Shown one piece after another: positions 28,071-39,520 of a DNA stretch of 64,000 nt. The notes beneath the pieces are model-generated. The model ran no database searches. It was not told where the DNA came from and saw only the letters and a list, made by a program, of their open reading frames with translations. Numbering within the stretch: position 1 is the first letter of the stretch; the number at the start of each line of letters is the position of its first letter. Source of the DNA: the human T2T-CHM13v2.0 reference genome, Homo sapiens. Location: assembly GCF_009914755.1 (NCBI RefSeq), contig NC_060930.1, one strand, 5' to 3'. The translations under genes and the position numbers were made by a program.

Positions 28071-28822
28071 TGTGGTGGCTGAATAATGCCTCCTTGTCCC
28101 TGAAACCTACGACTGTTTCCCGATATGACAAAAGGGACTTTGCAGATGTGATTAAGGATCTGGAGACGAAGAGGCTATCCTGGTGGCTCCTGAATGTAAC
28201 CCCATGTGTTCTTTTAAGAGGAAGGCAGAGCAAGATTTGATGGCAGTAAAGGAGAAGGCAATGTGACCACAGCAGCAGAGACTGGAGTGATGTGGCCAGG
28301 AGCCAAGGAATGCCAGCAGCCTCCAGAAGTGAAAGAGGAGTCTCCACAGGAGCTTCTATTAATGGAAGGGGCTAGCCCAGCGAACACCTTGATTTTAGTC
28401 CCTTTTAGTCACTTTGGGGCTGGGCACAGTGGCTCACACCTGTAATCTGACAACTTTGGGAGACTGAGGTGGGAAGATGACTTGAGCCCAAGAGTTCAAG
28501 ACTAGTCTGGGCAACATAGCAAGATCCTGTCTCTACAAAAAATAAAAAATAAAAAAATTAGCCAGGCAGGTTGGCATGCACCTATAGTCCCAGCTATTCG
28601 GGAAGTTGAGCCCAGGAATTCAAGGTTGCAGTGAGCTGTGTTTGTGCCACTGCACTCCAGTCTGAGTGACAGAGGGAGATCTTGTCTCAAAAAAAAAAAA
28701 AAAAAAAGTCATTTTGGACTTTGGGCCTCCAGAACTGTAAGAAAATAAATTTGTGTTTAAAAGTCACTAAACTTGTGGTAATTCGTTACAGCAACAACAG
28801 GAACTACACAAAAACTAATACA
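28071..28822 (+). mobile_element. MLT1 (C/D-like) MaLR LTR interrupted by an AluJ
   Basis: tgtggtggctgaataatg...gggactttgcagatgtgattaag...cctccagaactgtaag...ctaataca; flanks gtaac/gtaat. Confidence 0.8.
28418..28706 (+). mobile_element. AluJ nested in MLT1
   Basis: cttgagccc in both arms; TSD agtcactttgg/agtcattttgg. Confidence 0.85.
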
Positions 28823-29552
28823 GTAATCTGGCCATGCCCCGATAGTGTATAATATTAAAGAAAGTGAAATTATGGTTCTAATGTTTGTTTTCCTGAAAAC
28901 ACTACTTTTATGACCAGAACATGAGCATAGTATGCTACCATTGAAAATTTATCTGACATAATTTGACACAAAAGTAGAATCCGTTTTAAATGTATTACCA
29001 CAATGCATTTGTCCTCAAGATTGTGTTTATAACACATTGCTTTTCAGTATTTCCAAAACATTATACGCTTAACGCTGAAGATCTGAAAAACACAATCATA
29101 ATAAAAGAAAACATCCCACAACCCAAAGATATAATTTGCGGGTATACTTCCTGATATTTTTACATATACAAATGGCCCCTAATGCTATCTAGTTTCCAGT
29201 TATGGTAACTAAATGGTCACATTAACACTTTTTAAAAAAGATCTTTCCCAATTATTAAGAACTCACACATATTTGTCCATCTTAGATCACTTAATCATCC
29301 TATCATCACTGTTTTAAGACAAAAAAAAATCTTATTACTTCTAGGAACTTCATCTCAAATAGCATCCCCATCCCCTCTCTGACTGACTTTACCTGTATAA
29401 CTTGCATTCTATTAAGCATAAGATGATTAAATTGGCTGCAAAAGCCAGAAGGGACTTTTAATGAATTTACACACTAAGAATTGTGACAACTATGTCTTGA
29501 TCCAATATGAAAGTTTCTTAGATGTTGAATCTCCATTAAAAATTATTCCAGA

Positions 29553-29849
<297 letters not shown>

Positions 29850-31551
29850 TTATTCCAGAACTGTCCCCCACAAAACAAAATAGAGTTCTAAAATGGGCAA
29901 CAATGCCCAGAAATTGCCAGAACATAAAAAACAAGCACAGAGACTTGGTATAAAACTCAAGACACTGAGAATAAGATTATTTGGTGACTTCTTTGAAATC
30001 AAGATGATATAAAAGTCAATACCTATGTCAGAAGCTCTGCATGTAGTGAGACACGGCAGATGCCACACACACATACACACACACACACACGAGAAAGGGA
30101 CAATGAATAATGGAGAAAACTCTAGAGAGGGACAAAAGGAAGAAATTCCAATTCCAATCATAGGTTGAGCATCTCACAGATTCCTAAATGAACAAGAGTG
30201 GAAAGCCCACAACAGATCTCTACGAAATATCACTCTCTGTATCATATGATTATGTCTAAATTGACTGCCCAATAAAACACATATACTTCCCATCTGATCC
30301 TATGAATTCAGACATATTCATGTAAAAACGTCTTTATATATTGTCACATGTAATTATACAAATTTGGTGAATATCAACTGGATCATGCAGTCTACATTTG
30401 TCTGTGGTCAGGAGCCCAGAGAAGCAGCACCTCAGAGAACATGACCTCACTTGTGCTTAAATCTGTACCTCTCACACTCTGGGAACTCACCAGAGAGCTA
30501 TAAAGGACTTTCAGGAGAAAGGAGGTCGAATTTCAAGGGTGGAGAGAAGACCCAGGGCACAGGGAATATTATTCTTAAATCTGTCTAATTCTCCAAGGAG
30601 CAAACCTAACTTGCCCCCATCCTCTAGCTGCCCAGAGTTCATCATTCCTCAATTTTGTTTCAATGGAAAAAAAAAAATTGTAATCAGGACTGGATTTGCC
30701 TGGAAGGAAAATGCAGAGCCAGAGACTACAAAGATTTCCATTGCAGACAATTCCCAATCTAGGGAATGTCTCCAGTAGGAGCTGTGGTGAAGCCTGGTCT
30801 GTTCCGGTCAGGCCACTCCTGTGATAACCCTCAGAAACATTACAACCCACAGTCAAGCCCTGTGGCAACAAGTAAGGAAGAAATTCACCTGTTGTTCAGA
30901 CAACAGCTGCTCCTTTGAGCTGAAGAATGAAATATTAAATTCCAGCTTCTGAGAAAATCAAGGAATGTGGGTAAGAAAAAAATGAGGGGACAGAAAAGAG
31001 GGAGTGCAGGTAGATGTCAAAAAAAAAAAACTAAAGGTTGACCTCAGAAACACAGATATTACAAATGTTCCTTCCTATTTCTCCATTTTATTAATACGAG
31101 CAAGTTTCAGGTGTCTACTTCCTATCATTTCATGATCTGGAAAATGGATCTACTCTGCAGGTACAATAAGCTTTAAAAATGACTACGCAGTTACAGAGGG
31201 CTTCATCACAAGATCTTATTTATGCACTGAAACTCCAAAAATATCTCACAATAGGAGTAACTGGCGTATTCAACAATTATGTAAATAAATAATAAAAAGT
31301 CTCAATCAGGACACCAATATTAACTCCCTAATCACCAATTTTCCCCCTCATTTGATGAGGGTAGGAGTAGAGATGTGCAAAATGGGTGAGGCTGCTAACT
31401 ATTGAACATTCTCTCCTCCAAAGTTAAGGGCTCTCATGTGAAACTTTATGGGGGCCTCTGTTCAGGTCTTACAGTAAAAGTAAATTGGAGAGAATCATCA
31501 AGAAGCCATCAATACTCTTAAAAATACACACATCTGTCCATAGATGGTCTT

Positions 31552-31856
<305 letters not shown>

Positions 31857-32283
31857 CATAGATGGTCTTAATATGTGCCTAGGTATATGAGTCATGCAGA
31901 TATCTAAGAGGAAGAAACTATTCTGCACTATTCTGGGTGACACGATATCCACAGCTCTGATGACATTGTTCTCTCCACACAGAGAAGAAACTATAAATAG
32001 AACCCTAAGCATCATGTTCCACATATCAAAGAAGGAGATACAAACTATTTTTGGAATACAAATAAAGCTTTAGTAACATGAAATAAAACACCTGTCAATA
32101 AGAGACATTAATCTATTCTACAAAAATAAGAACTTTTTAAAAAGAAATATGGCCTTTAATCAGAGATGATGTAATGACATATCAAATCAATGTCAACACC
32201 CTGAGAAAAGCCATCTCCTACTGCACAATTACCCTGCCATTCTCAGTCGAAGACTGTCCTCTATTAAACATTATCTGGACTTC

Positions 32284-32385
32284 TTTCCTTTGTTTTATGG
32301 AGTGAGTTTATAAACGCTTGTTCTCCGTAACTAGTGATTTCAAGTATTCTGTTTTATCTAAGAAGTACAATGAAGGTCATGAGAA
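32284..32385 (+). mobile_element. Isolated ~100-bp internal fragment of the same LTR family as 35674-36298
   Basis: About 90% identical by manual alignment to 35861-35963; flanked by 27/28-bp direct repeats. Confidence 0.85.
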
Positions 32386-35300
32386 GTCCTCTATTAACAC
32401 TTTATCTGGACTTGCTGGCACTAGTGTAACTATTTTCTACAACGTTCTATTTCATAACTTTCTAGTACTGCCACAGACATCTTTCTAAAATACAACCTGT
32501 TCATAATGCTCTTTTGTAGATAATGGTTCAGTGACTCCTCCCTATCGCCAACTTTAAACCTACCTCCTTGACAAAGCTTATCTGGTGTGCCTGCAGCCTC
32601 ACCAGATACCTTTCATTCTATTCTCTTCTCTCCCCTCCATGCCTGTCTAGAAGGCCGCCTTCACCTAGTTAACTCCCACTTGTCCTGCAGGACAACTGGA
32701 ATGGCTCCACTGGGAAACAGCTGGATCTTCCAAGCTCTATAGGCTGAGTTTTCCAGTACTTCCTTGTATAAACCTATATTATGATACCCACCTTTCAGGT
32801 TTGTAAATCTTTACTTTTCTGTACCCCTTCTAGACTATGAACAAGGACCTGATGAAGGGTAGTTACTAAAATGTTGGCTGACTCTAAAGGAGGTGCTAAT
32901 TGCCTCACACTAAAAAGAGGGTAAGAGGTGACATGGAAAATTTCACATAAAGTTGGTGCCATTGGAACTGGATCTTGAGTGATGAACAGTAGTTTTGAGA
33001 TGTTCAACAGAAAGAAAGGGCATTCAGATCAACGAGAATCAAATGAACAAAAGAAACATGAAAAATCACGTGTTGCAGGCATGTATGTGTGTGCTGATAT
33101 GTACATACATCTTTCTAATTACTCTTCTTCTGTGGTGGTGAAGGTGCAATCTATACCACCAATATAAGCCTAATCAGCCCAACTAGGCCACAAACTTATT
33201 GGGAAGAAATGGTCATTTCTATGTACCTTCCCCACAGGCAATATATAGACAAATACAACCTATGTGTACCCATTCCTACCCAGCACCATCTAATACATAT
33301 GGTATAAAGAAATGACACTGAAATAATAATCATAAATACCTATTCATTCAAGGAAAAAAGGTTTCTATTTGGTGAAAAACAGACATTTGAGTTAATCTGT
33401 TAAGAGTCCTAGGTAATTAGGAAATTACTGGGGGAAAAGAATCCTATTACTGTAATTCCTTTTAACCAAGATTCTATGCTACAGGATGAAGTAAATAAGC
33501 CAGGGAGGTGAGCTGCAACATAAATCAGCCGACTGTCACATGAGTCTCTTTAATATTACAAAATTGAGGGAGAGAAACCATTCAGATTACTACGAAGAAA
33601 CATTTAAAATGAGCTCATTAAATGCAAATTAAAACAGAAACATTGAATAAGCACTGGGCTACAATTAAAGGCTGCAGAAACAGCAGGTAAGAAACAATTT
33701 TCATTGATCAAAGAACTAATAGCTAACAGAATAAAGTATTTTGCATTAAAACTGCTTTCATGAATATGAAGCATTTCGAAGTAAGAACTCTTTTTTTTGC
33801 ATTTTTCAAAGAAACTTTGGAGGTAGGAATGGATTTACATATCTTAATACAAAGTACTTTCATTGTATCATTTTCAGGCAATGAAACTATGAGGTTTCAA
33901 AAAATGCAGACTTCAAAAACATCCTCAGAAATAGGGCCAAAATTGTAAAGGGCAAAGGGTCATTTTAGAGCCTTTGGACCCAAGGAAGAACTATTATATA
34001 ATTACATAAAATCTTCTATGCAAAACTTTAGTAGAGCCTATTTTTGACACAATTTTACCTCATTATAAACAGAAGCTTTGGGGTACTTAGGCATAGAGCT
34101 GGTTTTCATCAACTTATCAAAATGGCAGGGCAAAGAGCAGTACACAGTATATTCAACTAGAAATATAAATTGAGACTTTAAAATTCACTGCACACAAGCT
34201 TGAAAACAAATATGCAGATGTGTAGCCAAATGGTGAAGTCGGAATATACATTCCTGATGGCAAGGGACTTTTTCTGTTGTGTTCCCTCGTTTCCCTGGCA
34301 CCTAGAGCAGTTAAGGGTACATAGCAGGTGCTGGAATCACTGGATCTGCTTTTGCAAAACTAACGCACTATAAGATGAGAATGAGAAGTTTTCTTCTAAA
34401 TTAATTTGAAAAGTTAAAAGATACTGTTTTTCATCTGTCAAGACGGCAAAAATAAAAAATCTTCGATGGCACATGGGAGGAAATGGGCACTCTTATACAC
34501 ACTGAAAGGGAGGGCAGGGCCACCAAGGACAGTTGTGCAGCTTGTACACTGAAAGGCACTACCCCTAGGGTGAGAGAGAGGTGGGGGACCGGAGATCCAG
34601 GAGGCGTTCTGCTAGTGAAAGCTGAGTCAGTCTCAGGAAGGACGTCTTTTGGCAATTTTCAGCCCAGAGGGGCAGGGCAGCTCTTTACTACCATGTTGTA
34701 TTAGTGGAGGCTTTAGATAGGCTTGTAAAATAGGGCAACATATTTTGGAAAAATTTTAAAATACCTAGGAAAATGTAAAATCTACAAACTCTTTAACTCA
34801 AATTGTCATACGATTTTTATTTTACATCTATGCTTACATGTGCAAGTAAAAAGATATGGCCACAAACACTTCTGACAACAGTTGTCTGTAAACCTAATGA
34901 GTGCTTATTTATTGGTAAATATTTTCATAATTAGTGTATCCTATAAAAGACTAGGCAGGAATCGCTGTGGAGTGGATCTGGACATGCAGATATGTAAATT
35001 CTCAAAGAGATGCTAAGTGAAACAAGGTATAGAAGAGACTATGTTCCAATGAATGGTTTTTGTCAATCAAAAATCTTCTTAAAAGTCTAAGACACTGAAT
35101 GTGTATTTCAATACTGACAACATTGTTGTATATATAACCATGCACTCTAATATCTGCTGTTACTCAAATACCTAAATCCAGTTCTACAGAACATTTAGAA
35201 CATACCACAAATATCCCCACTAACATTCCATTTTAAACACAAAGAATTGCTCATTTTTAAAAAAGTCAAAATATATTTTTAATAGAGGTACCAAAAATTA

Positions 35301-35673
35301 CATTTTTCTAAATTGAATTCTTTTAAGCTTTTCTATTCTGCTTTATATCATCTTGAAGTCCTTCTCCACACTTTCCACAAAGGCACAATTTTTAACCGAC
35401 TTCAATTAAATTATGTTTCTGTAGCTGCCTGGGTCAGGGCATTCAACACATCAATCACAATGCAGGTGGGAAATGTAAGTACTTTTGAAACAGTCCTCAT
35501 GCCAATAAGGGAATCTTCGGTTTTGAGAAAGTAAAAGGAAGGTACATGTCATTAGCAGTGAGGTCACAGTCAGTCCTGTTTACTCCTATTCTACCAGGAA
35601 ACCCATCTTTACGTTTCTCCTTAAACTAAGCCAGGATTTAAATAAAGTGGCAGAATATTATTCGCAGTAAGGT

Positions 35674-36298
35674 TGAGGCGGGAAATTAAAGAACAATAAA
35701 ATTAAAAAGAAAGAGAAATAAGTTTTCCTGTTTTAGGCTAACTTGTTCCAGAAGCAGCAACAGGCACAGCCTAGACCCAGGAAAAGTCTTGATAATATTA
35801 TCTAATATGCTCTGGAGACTCTCTCAGCACTCCCTCAACACAGGGAGAAGAAAAACAAATTTTCCTTTGTTTTACAGAATGAGTTTATAGACTCTTGTTC
35901 TCTGTAACTAGTGATTTCAAGTATTCTGTTTTATCTAAGTAGTACAACGAAGGTCATAAAAAGCCTGAGTAGGCCTGAACTACAGCTGCCTGGGCACCAC
36001 AGAGAAGGTTATAGGATAAGCCTGTGCCCAGGCAAACCTAGAAAACGAACATCTGGGTTGCTTGGCAATGGTCATCTGCAATCCTGTCTTTGTCCTGCCT
36101 CTGTATCCCTGCTTTCACGCCACTGTAAGCTTGCTTCAAGCTAGCCCACCTCCGTTTGTGAAGTGTGTATAAAAGTCAAGTACTGTCTTTATTCTGGGCC
36201 CAGTCTTTTGGATGTGAGTCAGCTGGGCCTGAGTACACTCAATAAAGATTCTCCTGCTTCAACCTGAGGTCTCCCTCATACTCCCGAATCCCGCAACA
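35674..36298 (+). mobile_element. Solo ERV1-type LTR (LTR15-like, family name from memory)
   Basis: TG...CA termini, 4-bp TSD AGGT, TATAAAA at 36168, AATAAA at 36241. Confidence 0.8.
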
Positions 36299-36584
36299 AG
36301 GTGAGTGTAATAGTTAGAGAAAGCATAGGCCTGAAAGGAGCAAGCTTTGAGAAGCACTCTTACCTTTAACAGAAAATCCCAGATACATACTATTTACATT
36401 TTAGTGATCACTGGATAAAGTCTATAATGTCTTTCCTGGCTCTGAATTTTTGTCACAAAAACACAAAACCCATCACTCCAAGGCTTCCTTTTAATGGTTT
36501 TCACTTTCACCTACCTTTAGCACTGTTCACGACACCCAAATCCCAAACTGACCATTCAGATGTTTACTGAAATGTGGCTAATGA

Positions 36585-36902
<318 letters not shown>

Positions 36903-38260
36903 CTAATTTCAGAATTAGGCAATGCAACTAGTTGAATATTTTATTGCACATTGTCCATGATCTTATATGTAAGGCACATTTCCTAGGGAAAGCAGGCATG
37001 GATTTAATCATTTATGTTGTACTGCACACTTATTTGCACTATGTAAAACCATGGCTGGAGTGAGAGAAATAACACTTTTAAAAACCAACCTTATATTCTC
37101 CATGTCATTACCAGTAATTGATAACTGTTTAATCATCAACTCCAAAGATATTTCTTCCTTATTGGAAGAATTCCAGATAAAACTAAACAGAACTGTCCAA
37201 ACACATTTCATCCTAATAAAGTTATTTATATAATCACTTATTAGGTCATAACTTATAACTGAGTAATGTTCTTTAGATCTTAAGTGCTTGTCTTTATATA
37301 GCTTTACAATAAATTTGTTTCTCTTAAAATTATCTGTGCACTAGATTAAGTTAAATTAAAATAAAATGTATTTAACTGTCTTCAAAATAAGGTATAGGCT
37401 ATTTTCTTCCTGTAGACTGACAGCACAGATATTGGAAAATCTCTTCTACTTGGTTTTCTGATTCAGTTCAAACTTGTGCTTGCAAGTGAATCTTACGTAA
37501 ATGTCACCTAAAAAGAGCTCAAGAAGACTCATAAAAAATATTTTTTTCGTAATTTGATTAACTTTCAAGTCATTCACCAAAAGTCAGACCATGCTAGAAA
37601 GGGAAGAAAAGTTGGACAACATTCTTGTTTTACCACAAAGACCATGCCAGTTAGCTGGCTTGATTCTCCCACTGATGGGGAGAATGTTTACATTTTAACA
37701 ATAACTTCACAAATAAACAGATGTAAGAAGTGTTTTCAGTGCATAAAGATCATATACTTTATAAATCCACCTCTCATCTTTCTTCTGGACAGACCACATC
37801 TGACTTCGAACGTACTTACTGCAATCAAAAGTGTTTTGTAAAGGACCCTCCTCAGGAATAAACAAGCTCACTAAACCCTCCATACATAACCTGGAGAAAC
37901 CTCCACAATAATGAAACCCCATCTAGCACTGTTTTTCAAACATATGGTGCATTTCCATTAATTTTCAGGGATAGCCCCTAAAGTAACTTTTGGCTCAACA
38001 ACCCTGGAAGAGAGGACCTTTGCTCATCTTACACATCAAGTGTTCATGAACAACTCTGATGCCACTAAGTTTCGTTCACAAACTTGCACCTCGGTCGTTC
38101 TTTTACAAAAAAAAAAAGAAAGGTTATTTTGCAAAAGGCAATAGATTTAATCTTGGCTACTATTTACTCTTAATGTTTCTTTCATCTCAGCCCTCCAATG
38201 AGAAGTTTAAAAGGAAACATCCGAGGGAGCAAGTTTAGATCTATCTGGAGGAGTTTCTGT

Positions 38261-38384
38261 GGAGCCAGCCACCCTCACCAGGTGCCTTCCATTAGAGTTT
38301 AATGCTTTGCTGCGGTTTCCTGAAAGAGCCCCACAGAGAGTGGGTCTCGATGGGTCCTGAACCGCACCACAACCGGCCAGTGAG
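38261..38384 (+). other. PACRG: Probable upstream non-coding PACRG first exon inside PRKN intron 1 (start approximate; donor may be 38385 or one of the VNTR donors)
   Basis: GAG|gtgagg donor at 38385 at the CpG-island edge; matching acceptor at 39288; recalled annotation of an overlapping PACRG isoform. Confidence 0.5.
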
Positions 38385-38388
38385 GTGA

Positions 38389-38470
38389 GGGGCGAAGGTG
38401 AGGGGCGGCGGCGGGGCGAAGGTGAGGGGCGGCGGCGGGGCGAAGGTGAGGGGCGGCGGCGGGGAGAAGG
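38389..38470 (+). repeat. 24-bp G-rich tandem repeat, 3 perfect copies plus a partial
   Basis: GGGGCGAAGGTGAGGGGCGGCGGC at 38389, 38413 and 38437, then GGGGAGAAGG. Confidence 0.95.
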
Positions 38471-38790
38471 CTTCGGGACCCCACACGGTCCGGGGGACCG
38501 CGAACGAGGAGCGGGGGTGCGGGGCCGCCTGGCGTCCCCGTCGAGGCGGTCTTCATGAGAACGCTCAGAGCAGGGGCGGGCAGGCGAGGGCTTCGAACGC
38601 ACACACTGGGGCCCCGGACCCGCGTCGCTGAGCTGGGGAGCCCGGCGGCGCGGGCCGGGGACGGCACGGGCACTTTGGCCCCGTCATTGACAGTTGGCAC
38701 CGGGGGTCCTGGTCGGCCGAGGCGGGGCGTGGCGCCATACCGGGGCGTGGGGCGGCGCAGAGAGGCTGTACCTGGCAGGTACCCACGTAC

Positions 38791-38797
38791 CTATCAT
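38791..38797 (-). CDS. PRKN: Parkin (E3 ubiquitin ligase) exon 1 coding part: ATG ATA G (Met-Ile-1 nt), phase-1 donor; the rest of the gene lies beyond the left end of the window
   Basis: Minus strand reads ...cagccgccacctacccagtgaccATGATAG|gtacgtgggt, matching the known PRKN 5'UTR and 7-nt coding exon 1; GT donor at 38790-38789; head-to-head with PACRG. Confidence 0.97.
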
Positions 38798-38931
38798 GGT
38801 CACTGGGTAGGTGGCGGCTGCGGGCCAGGAACAGGCCCATGCGCGCAGCGGCGCCAGCCGCGCCTCCCACCAGCGGCTCTCCTGGGTTAAATCCTCCAGG
38901 CCTCCCCGCCCCCGCGCCCGGCCCTAGGAAT
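38791..38931 (-). other. PRKN: PRKN exon 1 including 5'UTR (TSS approximate, about 38894-38931)
   Basis: Minus strand attcctagggccgggcgcgggggcggggaggcctggaggatttaacccaggagagccgctgg...ATG matches the recalled PRKN mRNA 5' end. Confidence 0.85.
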
Positions 38932-38941
38932 GCGCACGCGC
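38931..38941. promoter_or_regulatory. NRF1-type motif overlapping a non-canonical E-box (CACGCG)
   Basis: TGCGCACGCGC versus the NRF1 consensus TGCGCATGCGC. Confidence 0.6.
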
Positions 38942-38956
38942 GGAGGGCGCGGCCCA

Positions 38957-38978
38957 GGGCCTGCTGGGAGTCGTAGTT
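38957..38978 (-). promoter_or_regulatory. ZNF143 (SBS)/THAP11-type motif typical of bidirectional promoters
   Basis: Minus strand AACTACGACTCCCAGCAGGCCC versus the consensus ACTACANNTCCCANNNNGC. Confidence 0.75.
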
Positions 38979-39055
38979 CTAACGCGTAGTTTCTCCTCAC
39001 GCCTCCTGCCCCCAGCCCCCCACCGCCGCCCTTTCCGGCTTCAGGCCCAGCAATC

Positions 39056-39063
39056 TTACGTCA
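39056..39063. promoter_or_regulatory. CREB/ATF site (likely the described ATF4/c-Jun element of the parkin promoter)
   Basis: TTACGTCA (TGACGTAA on minus), about 165 bp upstream of the shorter PRKN TSS. Confidence 0.7.
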
Positions 39064-39067
39064 CCGG

Positions 39068-39077
39068 GGGGCGGGGC
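39068..39077 (+). promoter_or_regulatory. GC box (Sp/KLF); further GC boxes near 39168-39180
   Basis: GGGGCGGGGC; cccgccccgcccc. Confidence 0.65.
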
Positions 39078-39099
39078 TATGCGCCCGCCGTGTTGACCA

Positions 39100-39112
39100 G
39101 TCGCTTAGCAAC
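39100..39112. promoter_or_regulatory. RFX X-box
   Basis: GTCGCTTAGCAAC fits GTNRCN-N-RGYAAC; PACRG is a ciliary gene. Confidence 0.75.
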
Positions 39113-39269
39113 CGGGAGGCTTACCTTTGGAAGCTTGTTGCAGCTCTAGCCCAGGTCCTGCCCTCTTCCCGCCCCGCCCCTAGGGTCCAGCTCCCTTCAC
39201 CTAGGAGCTGCCAAACATCTGGATCAACCTGGGCACTACGAGGGGTTGAATTTCTACCATTATCGCGCC

Positions 39270-39289
39270 TTTTGATATTTTTTTCCAGA
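39270..39289 (+). promoter_or_regulatory. PACRG: 3' splice acceptor in the PACRG 5'UTR (exon start 39289 = c.-76), for isoforms with an upstream non-coding first exon
   Basis: Polypyrimidine tract ttttgatattttttttccag|ac; consistent with recalled PACRG isoforms that have an upstream non-coding exon. Confidence 0.75.
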
Positions 39290-39364
39290 CCTCCTGCTCA
39301 CATCCGTAAAGCCCACTGATTCTTTTACTACACTTTTTATGAGAACAAGACATTTTCTAGGAAG

Positions 39365-39520
39365 ATGGTGGCAGAAAAAGAGACCCTGAGCTTAAACAAA
39401 TGCCCAGACAAGATGCCGAAGAGGACCAAGCTGCTGGCACAACAGCCGCTCCCGGTGCACCAGCCTCACTCTCTGGTTTCTGAGGGTTTCACAGTCAAAG
39501 CCATGATGAAAAACTCAGTC
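39365..39520 (+). CDS. PACRG: Parkin coregulated gene protein (axonemal inner-junction protein), first coding exon, 52 codons, phase 0
   Basis: Translates [52 protein letters not shown], the human PACRG N-terminus; followed by the donor GTC|gtaagt at 39521. Confidence 0.97.

Larger units (their letters stand above)
38340..39130. promoter_or_regulatory. CpG island / PRKN-PACRG bidirectional TATA-less promoter
   Basis: Abrupt very GC- and CpG-rich block in an AT-rich window, spanning two divergent first exons whose ATGs are about 570 bp apart. Confidence 0.95.

Noticed and set aside
32256-32413. Repeat-spacer-repeat with a virus-derived 'spacer' resembling a minimal CRISPR unit
   Set aside because: Human DNA, only two imperfect non-palindromic repeats, a 100-bp insert and no cas genes; better explained as a templated insertion with target duplication
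38207-38602. Minus-strand ORF with SPRRRPSPSPRRRP repeats resembling the hepadnavirus core or protamine-like tail
   Set aside because: It is simply the translation of the 24-bp VNTR within a stop-poor CpG island; no other viral similarity is seen
38292-38890. Several overlapping GC-rich ORFs on both strands
   Set aside because: Expected from stop-codon scarcity in a CpG island; most have non-ATG starts and low-complexity products
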